This document shows, piece by piece, positions 28,758 through 38,384 of a DNA stretch of 64,000 nucleotides (its first letter is position 1; each line of letters starts with the position of its first letter). The notes below the pieces were generated by a model. It was not told the DNA's origin, searched no databases, and saw only the letters and a program-made list of their open reading frames with translations. The position numbers were made by a program, and so were the translations under genes. Origin of the DNA: Calditrichia bacterium (GTDB lineage: Bacteria; Calditrichota; Calditrichia; RBG-13-44-9; J075); assembly GCA_028284445.1 (NCBI GenBank), contig JANQRS010000018.1:1-64000 (forward strand). Direction: 5' to 3'.

Positions 28758-31511
28758 ATGATGCCGGAACAAATAATGACGCTAGGGCAAATAACCAAAC
28801 GTTACGTTCTACGGGGAAAGGAGACAACCCTTATCCCTGATTTTCGCGAAATCCCTTTCTATTGTCATTTTGTCGACGGCGCTGTAAATGGCACTCCTAA
28901 AATTCGGATAGCTGTATCTGAGATTGGGAAGGGACTACCGGATGAGATCCTTATTGAACTTATTCCGCCTGAAAGATCGGCTATCGAACTCAATACCCGA
29001 CCCGACACATTTACTGTATCACTTCGGCATGGGCCGCTTCCGCGGCGCTTTGCAACCGCCGGTAGTAGCCGCGAGTTCCAAGTTGCATTGCGCTCAGCCA
29101 ATCCCATATGGGATCCCTTTGACTTCAATATTGGACAACCTGGCGATTTGATCTTTGACGATCCCTTTCCAGATATTCCAGACCCGCTGCCACCTGGTGG
29201 CGGTGGTGGGCCGAACCAGGAAGTTGTTGTTCACACGCTTCATCCCGGTAACGATCCTCAAGGTTTGTGGCGAGTAAGGTTGCACAACTTAAGTCAGCAA
29301 CAAGCGGAATTTAGTATCAATATCGAATTTCCAGAGACTGTGCAAGCTTTAGAGACAACCCGAATCCCCTTTCAATTACTGAACCGAACTTTTGCAGAGT
29401 TTATGCTTTTGATGAGCCTCAGACTCCATATTGATAATGGATTTGCCTCGATTCGCTTTAGCCCTGAGTTTCGTAAGCTGGCAGGCATTGATGACATTAC
29501 TGTTTCGGTAAATGATCGGCTACAAAACATTGGCTTGGAAACCTTCCAGATTCGAATGGGTAAAGACGCAGAATTTGGATGGCCGCTCTTATTGATTGGC
29601 ATCGATCTCGAAGAGCGAGGCGATGAAGTAGGCCTGCCATTGTGGGATGGTAACATCGAAGATTTGTCCATTCAAGTAGCCTTCTCCTTCCATCTCTTCG
29701 AACCACAAATAACAGATTTCTTCAAGACAGCGCTGCTGCGGAAAAATGGAACGATATATCCTCGTAACATGCCTATTACCGCAAGTGTTTACACAAATCC
29801 GGATTTGACAGGAATATGGGCCAGTATTTTGGATTGGCTTCAGGATTTTTTTGGTGGACAGTCATTTTCCGAGACAGTAGAAGACATGCGGCTGAAATTC
29901 CAGGGCGCACTAAATGATGCCATCGATGATGGTATAGGCGATTATTTTCGGGAAACGCTCGTCCACCTTGTCCAGCGAGACCATGCCATTCATAGCCTTA
30001 ATTGTGACGTCAATGATTTGATTATTAAGCATCATGAATTACCGGATCCTTTGCGGGATCAACTGACGATTCCTGGTAACGGAGGTGTAGCCACTACAGT
30101 TACCGATGCGACCAGCGAGACTGACTCAAGAAGTCCTGCTTCTCTTGCCCAGACAGAAAGCAACGTTCACATCGAGGGGATACCACCGGTGGTGCTTCCC
30201 GCAACCATAACAAATAGTCATCATCGCTTGCGTGAAGGGGAGATTGACCATATTGTTTTTTTGATGATGGAGAACCGCTCCTTTGACCACATGCTTGGTT
30301 ACTTAGCCCTAAAGGGGCGGCCGGTTCGCGGTTTAACCGGCAGCGAGCAAAACCAATTGCCGGAAGGCAATCCACCTTATATAGTTAATCACCTTTCGCG
30401 CACCTATGGTATTCCAAGTCCCGGTCACGATTTCTTAGATGCTAAAGAACAAATCGCAGAAGGCGAGATGAGTGGTTTTGTCAAGAATTTTGTGCGGCGT
30501 TCAAATGTAACCGATCCCTCAATGGTTATGGGATACTACCAGGAAGAGGACTTACCAGTATATGAATTTTTTGCCAACAATTTTGCTATTTGTGATGCCT
30601 GGTTCAGTTCTCATCCGGGAGCAACCTGGCCAAACCGCTTCTGTGCAACAACAGGAACAGCTCCAGAACGGGACAACTTCGACGTTACGGACGAGAGACT
30701 TGGATACTACGAAGGACTATCCATATTCGACCTGCTGACAGCATTTGGCGTAGATTGGACATACGCAGAGGGCAATATTGGTTTTCTGCGCTTATTTGAT
30801 CGTTATCGACTCGATACAGAGCATGTCATTCCATACCGGGACGATTTTGGTCTTGGTCTGAGTGACACATTTATTCAGCGGGTTGAGAGTGGAAATTTAC
30901 CCGCCGTATCTTTCATTGATCCGCGCTATTTTGATATTCCTCCCGCCTGGGATGCAAATGACGATCTACCACCAACAGATGTCTGCTACGGGCAAGCGTT
31001 GATTAAAGAAATCTATGACATGCTCTCCAAAGCGCCAACCTGGTCAAAAACACTCTTCGTCATTACTTACGATGAACATGGTGGTTTCTTTGATCACGTG
31101 CCGCCACCAGGAACACCAGCGTCCGAAAATCCGGCACCGCTGCCGCGCATCACGCCGGAAGGAGCTGATCATCTCGGAGTGCGGGTTCCCGCGTTTCTGG
31201 TATCACCGTGGGTAGACGCAGGTTCAGTAATTACAACACAGTTTGAACACACATCGATTTTGAAGACGATTCTGGAACGTTTCGGCTCAACTGAATACGC
31301 TAACAGTGATGTGCTTGGTGCAAGGACTGCCCAGAGTAACAGTCTACTCTCAGTCTTGCGTTCTACCCCCCGAACAGATACTCCTGAAGCACCTGAAGTA
31401 GTTTGTGAAAAAAGGGCTATCCCACGTGGTCCAGCGCATCGCGATGATTTTCATACCGGGCTACGCTATTTGGGTCTACCGGCCAGCCTTAGAAGGAGGC
31501 TAGTCAAGTAA
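28758..31511 (+). CDS. Large two-part protein (917 aa): an N-terminal domain of unknown function (about 480 aa) fused to a phospholipase C/acid-phosphatase-type phosphoesterase domain; no signal peptide recognised
   Basis: The C-terminal half carries the phosphoesterase-family signature (IDHIVFLMMENRSFDHMLGYL ... TWPNRF ... ITYDEHGGFFDHVPPP). No Sec or Tat signal is evident at the N-terminus (MMPEQIMTLGQITKRYVLRGKETT). Flanked by a 330-bp 5' intergenic region containing direct repeats. Confidence 0.65.
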   Translation: MMPEQIMTLGQITKRYVLRGKETTLIPDFREIPFYCHFVDGAVNGTPKIRIAVSEIGKGLPDEILIELIPPERSAIELNTRPDTFTVSLRHGPLPRRFATAGSSREFQVALRSANPIWDPFDFNIGQPGDLIFDDPFPDIPDPLPPGGGGGPNQEVVVHTLHPGNDPQGLWRVRLHNLSQQQAEFSINIEFPETVQALETTRIPFQLLNRTFAEFMLLMSLRLHIDNGFASIRFSPEFRKLAGIDDITVSVNDRLQNIGLETFQIRMGKDAEFGWPLLLIGIDLEERGDEVGLPLWDGNIEDLSIQVAFSFHLFEPQITDFFKTALLRKNGTIYPRNMPITASVYTNPDLTGIWASILDWLQDFFGGQSFSETVEDMRLKFQGALNDAIDDGIGDYFRETLVHLVQRDHAIHSLNCDVNDLIIKHHELPDPLRDQLTIPGNGGVATTVTDATSETDSRSPASLAQTESNVHIEGIPPVVLPATITNSHHRLREGEIDHIVFLMMENRSFDHMLGYLALKGRPVRGLTGSEQNQLPEGNPPYIVNHLSRTYGIPSPGHDFLDAKEQIAEGEMSGFVKNFVRRSNVTDPSMVMGYYQEEDLPVYEFFANNFAICDAWFSSHPGATWPNRFCATTGTAPERDNFDVTDERLGYYEGLSIFDLLTAFGVDWTYAEGNIGFLRLFDRYRLDTEHVIPYRDDFGLGLSDTFIQRVESGNLPAVSFIDPRYFDIPPAWDANDDLPPTDVCYGQALIKEIYDMLSKAPTWSKTLFVITYDEHGGFFDHVPPPGTPASENPAPLPRITPEGADHLGVRVPAFLVSPWVDAGSVITTQFEHTSILKTILERFGSTEYANSDVLGARTAQSNSLLSVLRSTPRTDTPEAPEVVCEKRAIPRGPAHRDDFHTGLRYLGLPASLRRRLVK

Positions 31512-31712
31512 TCAAGCGCAAATTTACAGTCAGGAGCGACAATTCTATGACGCTTCTTGATAGTTTCTGAGGCTTGTACGCCGGAACACCTAACATATTC
31601 GCTATTCGAGAACGGCAAGTCCATCGCGGCATTTTCGATTTTATTACACCTACAGATACCGTGGCATCCATCTATCAGATGCCGCGGAGGAACAAACACA
31701 CAGAGACGTATA

Positions 31713-32942
31713 TCAAAGCATCGCCTCGGTTTTCAAAGTCGCTTGGAGTTTTTGCCCCTCGCGCATGATTTCGATCTGGTATTCAGCACTTTCAAGGAAG
31801 AGTGCGCGAACACCATTCAGGGTGATTTCTGAAACAGGCCTCCCATTTACGGACAGAATGTAATCACCCACCTCTAGTCCGGCCTTATCGCCGGCATACC
31901 CCGGTGCAACCTGGGCAACCTTCACAACCCCAATATCGTCAGTCGCCGCAGTTAGAAACATGCCGCTTTTATCTTCTTCAAAAGGGCTATCTACCAAAGA
32001 CGTGGGTTCCAGAATCATCCGGGTGTTCGGGAAATCAAAGATCACTTTGAAGCGCCTCAAGACCTCCGCACCGACAATCCCATAGGGCGCCGTATCAAGT
32101 ATACAGCCGACCAACGGCTTACTGAAATCGAAGGAACCAATGCTGATCTTGTTCAGGCGGGTTGTAAAGGCCCTGTTCTGAGTCATCTCGGGTGTATTCG
32201 CAAGACCCGTGGCTCCCATTACCGGAACGCGCCTGGCATTCGGATCAACAATGGCATCGATACTGCGTTGCGTACCAAGGCTAAGTCCGCCCATTGTCCC
32301 GCCACCCGAATCTATCAAAAGATCAATCTCTACCGGTTTCCCGGTATAGCTTTCGAAAGTGGCTTTGACAACCGGTAAGCCAGCCATCTGTCTGACAAAG
32401 GTAATCGGCACGGACTCCCCGGTTCCTTGATACTGATAGTAGCGTGGATTGTGGAATATCACTTCACTGTTTTGATAGTCAAGTTCAACAATGTATTGCT
32501 CAAAAAAGGGTTTCCCTAAAATACCATGGACTGCCTTCCCCATCATCATCCGGGCAGTCTCGGTGAATGGGGCAATGGTGACGTTCTGAGCTTCAAATTT
32601 CAGATCGGCAATAGAGAGTTCGACCTCAGGCGCCAGCGAGTATGTTAGTTTGCTTCCCTGGGTGGCGCCGCGGGAATTCCGCGGCGATCCACTTTTTATC
32701 TTGAGTTGACGTGCCAAATCGACATCGACCACGCTGGTGCTCACTCCGGTGTCCAGGAGAAAGAGAAACGGACCACGGGTACCGATCCTGGCTTCTACCA
32801 TCGGTATGTTGAGCAAGGTATGCATTCTAACGCGCTCTACCTCCGAATCACCAGGTGGCTGACAAGCAATAGTCGATAGCAGAAAGCATAGGGTGCAGAC
32901 AATCATCGCATGCTGTTTTTGCATAATCACTCCTTTCCTCAC
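31713..32942 (-). CDS. Retropepsin-like (clan AA) bilobed aspartic protease fused to a C-terminal PDZ domain, lipoprotein
   Basis: Lipoprotein signal (VCTLCFLLSTIAC); two D-T/S-G catalytic motifs (FLFLLDTGVSTSVV and LLIDSGGGTMGG); C-terminal PDZ-like GVVKVAQVAPGYAGDKAGLEVGDYILSVNGRPV. Confidence 0.65.
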   Translation of the reverse strand: MRKGVIMQKQHAMIVCTLCFLLSTIACQPPGDSEVERVRMHTLLNIPMVEARIGTRGPFLFLLDTGVSTSVVDVDLARQLKIKSGSPRNSRGATQGSKLTYSLAPEVELSIADLKFEAQNVTIAPFTETARMMMGKAVHGILGKPFFEQYIVELDYQNSEVIFHNPRYYQYQGTGESVPITFVRQMAGLPVVKATFESYTGKPVEIDLLIDSGGGTMGGLSLGTQRSIDAIVDPNARRVPVMGATGLANTPEMTQNRAFTTRLNKISIGSFDFSKPLVGCILDTAPYGIVGAEVLRRFKVIFDFPNTRMILEPTSLVDSPFEEDKSGMFLTAATDDIGVVKVAQVAPGYAGDKAGLEVGDYILSVNGRPVSEITLNGVRALFLESAEYQIEIMREGQKLQATLKTEAML

Positions 32943-32944
32943 GG

Positions 32945-33811
32945 CTATTTGTCCCCATCAGCAAGATATTCAAAGGATTGAAGCTGCATAAACACCTTGC
33001 TTTCGCCGTTATTGAGGTCAATTGAGTTTGTCCCCAAAAAATAGGGCGGCCTTGGCGCCAGAAACGAATGCTGCACCCGGGAACTTGCCAGGCCATACAT
33101 GGTTTCGATTACCCAAGCCTCATATGATTCGCCTTTGCCGCTGGTATAGGTTTCCCGACGTAGCACCTGGGCAAAGGGCCGCCCGGTGATGGCATTGCCT
33201 GGCGGACTATAAACGGGCGCCAGACGAATCCTTTTGCCTTTCTTGAGATCCATACAAGCCATTGCCCAAGTCCCTGGTCCAAAGCCGGCACCGTTCATCT
33301 GCTGCTTGCGAGTTTGTGACTGTCCGCTTGAAGAAGTGACCATAGTGACCACCTGCGAATCTGCCTGAATGTTGGCGACGTAATAGTCTTTGGCTTTGCC
33401 GGGAATCGGTCCGATCTCGAAAAGCACACCGAGATCTTCCAGATTAGCAAACATGGACAGCGAGCGGGCATTGGTATCTTCGCTATTGGAATTTCCGGAA
33501 TCAGTAATATTGATCAGAGCGACATCTTTCCCATGCCAGCTCACTTTTTCCGCCGTGACAATGACCCGATCTTCACGCGGTTGACCTTTATTCGGTCCGG
33601 AGCTCTGCTTGTATTTCCGCAGGTAGACAGCCCGAAACGGACGAAAGGCCTTTAGCTGAACATCTCCCGGCGCGGTTGCCGACCACTGTTGAAAATCAGC
33701 ATACATTGTCTTCTTGGGATGAATATTTGGGGGTTGCTGTGCACAGGTTGGTGATTGATATATAGCGACCGCTAGTACAAGAACAACAAGCAACTTATAG
33801 AACCACTTCAT
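32945..33811 (-). CDS. Secreted hypothetical protein, co-operonic with the aspartic protease-PDZ gene (2-nt gap)
   Basis: Signal peptide (MKWFYKLLVVLVLAVAIYQSPTCAQ); no recognisable motifs. Confidence 0.4.
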   Translation of the reverse strand: MKWFYKLLVVLVLAVAIYQSPTCAQQPPNIHPKKTMYADFQQWSATAPGDVQLKAFRPFRAVYLRKYKQSSGPNKGQPREDRVIVTAEKVSWHGKDVALINITDSGNSNSEDTNARSLSMFANLEDLGVLFEIGPIPGKAKDYYVANIQADSQVVTMVTSSSGQSQTRKQQMNGAGFGPGTWAMACMDLKKGKRIRLAPVYSPPGNAITGRPFAQVLRRETYTSGKGESYEAWVIETMYGLASSRVQHSFLAPRPPYFLGTNSIDLNNGESKVFMQLQSFEYLADGDK

Positions 33812-33968
33812 GATAACGCCTCCATTTCTGATTATGTATATTGCTTGTCAAAATCTATCAGAAACAGAAGCCGTTCTCTAACACACCAACGACAAAGCTT
33901 AACACTATAAAAGGCTTCAGCAGGCAGCAAAAACAGGTTAAAACATTGTTTTTAATCAACTTGAGAAT

Positions 33969-36900
33969 CTATTTCTTAAGTTCAGAAGGAAGATGCCCAA
34001 ATTGTTTGCGGAATGAGCGGGCAAAATAAGACAGGTTGTTAAACCCGGTTTGGAAGGCAATTTCGGAAATGGAACCGGCATTGTTTTCGATCAACTTCCG
34101 GGCACGTTGAAGGCGCATCGAGCGGATAAATTGCGAAGGCGTTTGTCCGGTCAAGGCACGGACTTTGCGCTGGAATTGGCGCTTGTCCATATTAAACTGC
34201 TTTTCTAAAGCTGTTGAGGCAAGCTGTGGATCGTCGAAGTGCGTTTCTACAAAAGCGCACAACTTCTTGAGAAAGGCTTCATCCAATGACGTAATGGCGA
34301 TATCCTGCGGCTGGAGAAAGATCTGGCGGCTATAGCGAATCTTCAGTCGCTGACGCTGCTCAATCAGCTTCCCGACCCGCACTTTGACTTCCTCAATCTC
34401 AAAGGGTTTGGTAATGTAGGCGTCGGCACCCAATTGCAGACCATCTATTTTATCTTGCTTGGCCGCTTTTGCAGTCAACAAAATGACCGGAATGTGACAG
34501 GTTATTTCGTCGCGCTTCAGGGCATCGCAGAGCTGGTAGCCGTCTTTCCCGGGCATCATGACATCAGATATGACCAGATCCGGAATTTTGTTGCGCACCA
34601 GCTCCAAGCCGCTCAAGCCGTTATTGGCTGTTACAATTTCAAACTCTTTAGAAAAATGGCCAACCAGGTAGTCCAGTATATCCTGATTGTCTTCGACAAT
34701 GGCAAGTATGGTGGCATCCGCCTCCGCTGGCTGCGGTTTCCTAAAGGTGCGGTCGATCTTATTCGTTTGCATTCCGGGATTTTCAAGTTGCTTCGCTTCC
34801 GCAGATATGCCGTTCAATGGCACACTCGCTGAATGACCATTTTGCATCACTGCATGATTTGACCTGGCAGTTGCCGGCAAGCAGACGATAAAACGGCTGC
34901 CCTTCCCTGGCAAACTTTCTGCCTCAATCGTTCCGTCGTGAAGCATCACCAGTTCTTTGCTCAAAGCCAGCCCCAGGCCAGTCCCGCCAAACGATCTCGC
35001 CTCAGGGGCATCGGCTTGATAGAAGCGGTCAAAAACAAGTTGCAGCTGATCTTCCGGGATGCCGATGCCACTGTCCGTCACGCCAATCATTATCCGGCCA
35101 TTGCTTTCTTCAACTGCCAGCGTCACCTTCCCAAAATCCGGCGTGAATTTGAAGGCATTCGACAACAGATTGTAGATCACCTTTTCAAACTTCACTTTAT
35201 CAATGTGAACAAACGGTCGCTGGGAACCGGCAAGAAAGTCATAGTCAATTTGCTTGCGGTCAGCTTCCGATAGATATGAATCATAAATAGGCTGCAAAAA
35301 GGCGAGTAGATCAACGTCTTCAGCAGCAAGCTTCATATCACCCGATTCTAGTTTGCTGATTTCGAGCAGCTGATTGATGAGATCCAGCAAGCGCTGCGAA
35401 TTTCGATACATCACCCCAAGATGCTTCGATTGGGAATGACCGTTGCTGCCGTTTGCATTCAGCATCTCTTTTAAGGGGCCAATAATCAACGACAGCGGCG
35501 TGCGAAACTCATGGGAGATATTGGTAAAAAAACGGGATTTCATCTGATCCGCCTCAATCAGTTTTTGCGCCTGCTGTTCTATGATCCGCTTTGCCTCTTC
35601 AGCAAGGTATTTTTGGTCTTCTAATTCGCGTGTTCTCAAGGCAACGAGATTCTCCAATTCCTGTTTTTGCCTTTTGATAGATTGTCTGCGCACAAAGAAA
35701 ACCGTCCCGCTTATCCCCAGAAAAATCGCTAGCATCGCTAAACGAAACCACCAGGTATGCCACCAGGGCGGCGTTACGACCAAAGCGATCGCAATTCCCT
35801 GTTCATTCCAAATCCCATAACTGTTGCTTGCCTTCACCCTGAGAGTATAACTGCCCGGTTCCAGATTCATAAATGTTGCCGAGTTCTGATTTCCGGAATA
35901 GACCCAATCGTCATTTAGGCCGTCCAGTCGATAGGCATACTGATTATTGTCGGGATCTCTGAAATCGAGAGCGGCAAACTTGAAGGTGACAATATCGTCG
36001 TCATAGGAGAGATAGATGGTATCGGCTTCGGAAATCGGTTTTTCAAGAATGGCGCGGACATTTTGTTTTCGAAACTCGCTGAGAACAATCCCCGGGGTCA
36101 GCGATGTCTCTTTCATTTCCTCCGGGTAAAATTTCACCAGTCCCCTATTCCCTCCGAAAATCAGCGCTTCATCCGATGACACTATGGCTGCCCCGCGATT
36201 AAACTTTATTCCTCTTAGTTCATCCGCCGCCGGATAATTGCGAAACGATTCTGTTGCCGGATAAAAGCGGGATAAGCCATTAGTGGTACTCAACCACAGA
36301 TTTCCCTGCTTATCGCCGCTCATGCTCTTGATGTGATTACTGGGCAGACCATCTTCCCTCAAATAATGTTGGAGTTCCATGCCGTCTTCGCGGATGGACA
36401 ATAGCTTACTGACACCACTACTATACGAACCAAACCACATGCTTCCGGATTGGTCCTGGAAGATGCTGCTGATGCTATTATGCGGCTGATTTATGAACTT
36501 CCCGGTCTTCGGGTCCAAGCGACTAATACCGCCGAACTTGGTACCGGTCCAAATAAACCCCTGACGGTCTTCGAAAACGGTCCAGACACCGGGCCAGGCT
36601 AAACTTAAGGCGTTATTCGCATCGGGGAGGTATGACGTGACGTTGCCCGTCGAATCAATTTGATGCAGGCCCTTTCCTGTAGCCAGCCAAATCAGCCCCC
36701 GGCTATCGCGAAAAATCTGATACACAGGGATTCCGTCGGAGCGCTTCTCCGGCAAATAACGATAGCTTAGAGAACTGCCGGCCTGCTTACTAAATTTTAC
36801 CAATCCGGAACTGCTTCCAACCAACAAATGCTTCTCATCGGCTTCAAGGATCGAGTAGATGTTTCCGCCTTGAAGTTGAAAGGTTGCATAATCACGTAGC

Positions 36901-38270
36901 ATGTCCCGGGACGTCGGTCTGTTTCTCAAATTCACTCGAATTAGACTTCCCCTATCAGTTCCCAGCCACAATGACTGATCGCTTTCTGCCAATACAGCCG
37001 TAACCGAGCTTACCAGTTCCTTCTCTCCCGGCGATGCTTGCAGTTGCCACACTTCAAAGAACGATTTCCGGGCATCGAGCTTATAGATGCCTGCACCACC
37101 GCTTCCCAACCAGATCATCCCGGATTGATCCTCCCACATCGCGGTAATTCTACCGGCGCGCATGCCGTGTTGATTTGACGAGAGTTGTAATCGGTAAATT
37201 GTATAGCGCTGCCCGGCCGCGAGATTGCTTTCAGCTTGAAAGGAATTTTTCTGTAGCTTGCAAAGGCCGTTTGATGTGCCAATCCAGAGATCGCCCAGCC
37301 GGTCAACCAGGAGCGAATGAATAAAGGGATGGTTGATACTATTGGGATTTTTCGGCTGGTATTGATGGCGCCGAAATTTGATGCTTCCGTCCGCTTCGAC
37401 ATTCATCAATTCATTAAGACCGGCGGCCGTCCCAACCCACATCCTTCCGGCTCTATCTTCAGCAATAGCCGTAACCACATCACTACTAAGGCTTGCGGTG
37501 TCCCCGGCATTGTGCAGATACGGCGTAAGTTCGAAGCCGTCTAAAATTTGTCCCTTCGTGAATGCAGGCGATAGTTTATTCAGTCCACGCCCTTTGGTGC
37601 CAATCCAGATGTTGCCGAAAGGGTCTTCATAGAAGGCCGATATTGGCATATTAACACCGTCGGCATCAACAAAATGATGCTGCAACACAACCGTTTCAGC
37701 TGCGGCATTTTGGCTTGCCTTGCCACGGTCATTTAGCCCATCAATATCATCGGTAATGATCAACCCTGAATTCTCAGTGCCGATATAATAATGCCCGGAG
37801 CGGGACTGATAGAGAATATTGATACGCCCATATTGCCCCAGGCCGGTAAACCGCTCGAATTGTTCCCCAGCCGGATCAAAGCGATTCAAATAATTGACAG
37901 TAGCGACCCAGAGATGTCCAGATCGGTCTTCATAAATGCCTGTTGCTGAGGAGGCGGAAAGTGAGGCATCATTTAGCGGATGGTATTGGAAGATTTTGTA
38001 TTCGTGGCCATCATAGCGGGCAATACCATTGGCGGTTGCGAACCACAAGAAACCCTGACGATCCTGCATAATATGCCGGACATCCTCATCCGGCAGCCCG
38101 TCCTGCAGGGTCAATCGGTCAAAGTGGAAATCTTCGTCCTGCGCGGACAAGACAGCTATCCCCATGAACAGAAGCGTGAAAATGAAATATGTAGCAATCT
38201 GGCCTCGAATTGTGATTCCTCTCTTTTGGAACGCATTAAAAAAACAGGTTTTGAATAAAAAGCGCCTCAT
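33969..38270 (-). CDS. Hybrid two-component system regulator (HTCS): periplasmic two-component-regulator beta-propellers plus Y_Y_Y, TM, HisKA, HATPase, REC and AraC HTH domains
   Basis: Signal/TM; repeated WxGT..GL propeller blades (LWFATANGIARYD, LWVATVNYLNRFD, MWVGTAAGLNEL ...); TM helix (FRLAMLAIFLGISGTVFFV); H-box (FTNISHEFRTPLSLI); HATPase (DSGIGI...GGTGLGLA); REC (ILAIVEDNQDI...DLVISDVMMPGKDGY); C-terminal AraC HTH (ISEIAFQTGFNNLSYFARSFRKQFG). Classic Bacteroidota HTCS architecture. Confidence 0.85.
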   Translation of the reverse strand: MRRFLFKTCFFNAFQKRGITIRGQIATYFIFTLLFMGIAVLSAQDEDFHFDRLTLQDGLPDEDVRHIMQDRQGFLWFATANGIARYDGHEYKIFQYHPLNDASLSASSATGIYEDRSGHLWVATVNYLNRFDPAGEQFERFTGLGQYGRINILYQSRSGHYYIGTENSGLIITDDIDGLNDRGKASQNAAAETVVLQHHFVDADGVNMPISAFYEDPFGNIWIGTKGRGLNKLSPAFTKGQILDGFELTPYLHNAGDTASLSSDVVTAIAEDRAGRMWVGTAAGLNELMNVEADGSIKFRRHQYQPKNPNSINHPFIHSLLVDRLGDLWIGTSNGLCKLQKNSFQAESNLAAGQRYTIYRLQLSSNQHGMRAGRITAMWEDQSGMIWLGSGGAGIYKLDARKSFFEVWQLQASPGEKELVSSVTAVLAESDQSLWLGTDRGSLIRVNLRNRPTSRDMLRDYATFQLQGGNIYSILEADEKHLLVGSSSGLVKFSKQAGSSLSYRYLPEKRSDGIPVYQIFRDSRGLIWLATGKGLHQIDSTGNVTSYLPDANNALSLAWPGVWTVFEDRQGFIWTGTKFGGISRLDPKTGKFINQPHNSISSIFQDQSGSMWFGSYSSGVSKLLSIREDGMELQHYLREDGLPSNHIKSMSGDKQGNLWLSTTNGLSRFYPATESFRNYPAADELRGIKFNRGAAIVSSDEALIFGGNRGLVKFYPEEMKETSLTPGIVLSEFRKQNVRAILEKPISEADTIYLSYDDDIVTFKFAALDFRDPDNNQYAYRLDGLNDDWVYSGNQNSATFMNLEPGSYTLRVKASNSYGIWNEQGIAIALVVTPPWWHTWWFRLAMLAIFLGISGTVFFVRRQSIKRQKQELENLVALRTRELEDQKYLAEEAKRIIEQQAQKLIEADQMKSRFFTNISHEFRTPLSLIIGPLKEMLNANGSNGHSQSKHLGVMYRNSQRLLDLINQLLEISKLESGDMKLAAEDVDLLAFLQPIYDSYLSEADRKQIDYDFLAGSQRPFVHIDKVKFEKVIYNLLSNAFKFTPDFGKVTLAVEESNGRIMIGVTDSGIGIPEDQLQLVFDRFYQADAPEARSFGGTGLGLALSKELVMLHDGTIEAESLPGKGSRFIVCLPATARSNHAVMQNGHSASVPLNGISAEAKQLENPGMQTNKIDRTFRKPQPAEADATILAIVEDNQDILDYLVGHFSKEFEIVTANNGLSGLELVRNKIPDLVISDVMMPGKDGYQLCDALKRDEITCHIPVILLTAKAAKQDKIDGLQLGADAYITKPFEIEEVKVRVGKLIEQRQRLKIRYSRQIFLQPQDIAITSLDEAFLKKLCAFVETHFDDPQLASTALEKQFNMDKRQFQRKVRALTGQTPSQFIRSMRLQRARKLIENNAGSISEIAFQTGFNNLSYFARSFRKQFGHLPSELKK

Positions 38271-38384
38271 ATAGAGCTCATTCGTGACAACCGGGTTCTT
38301 AAGAAAAGGCTGCAAGTATCGAGGAATTTCTTTACCTTTCCCGCTCATCTATTTCACAACGATAAGCCGAGGCGGTGTCCACAT

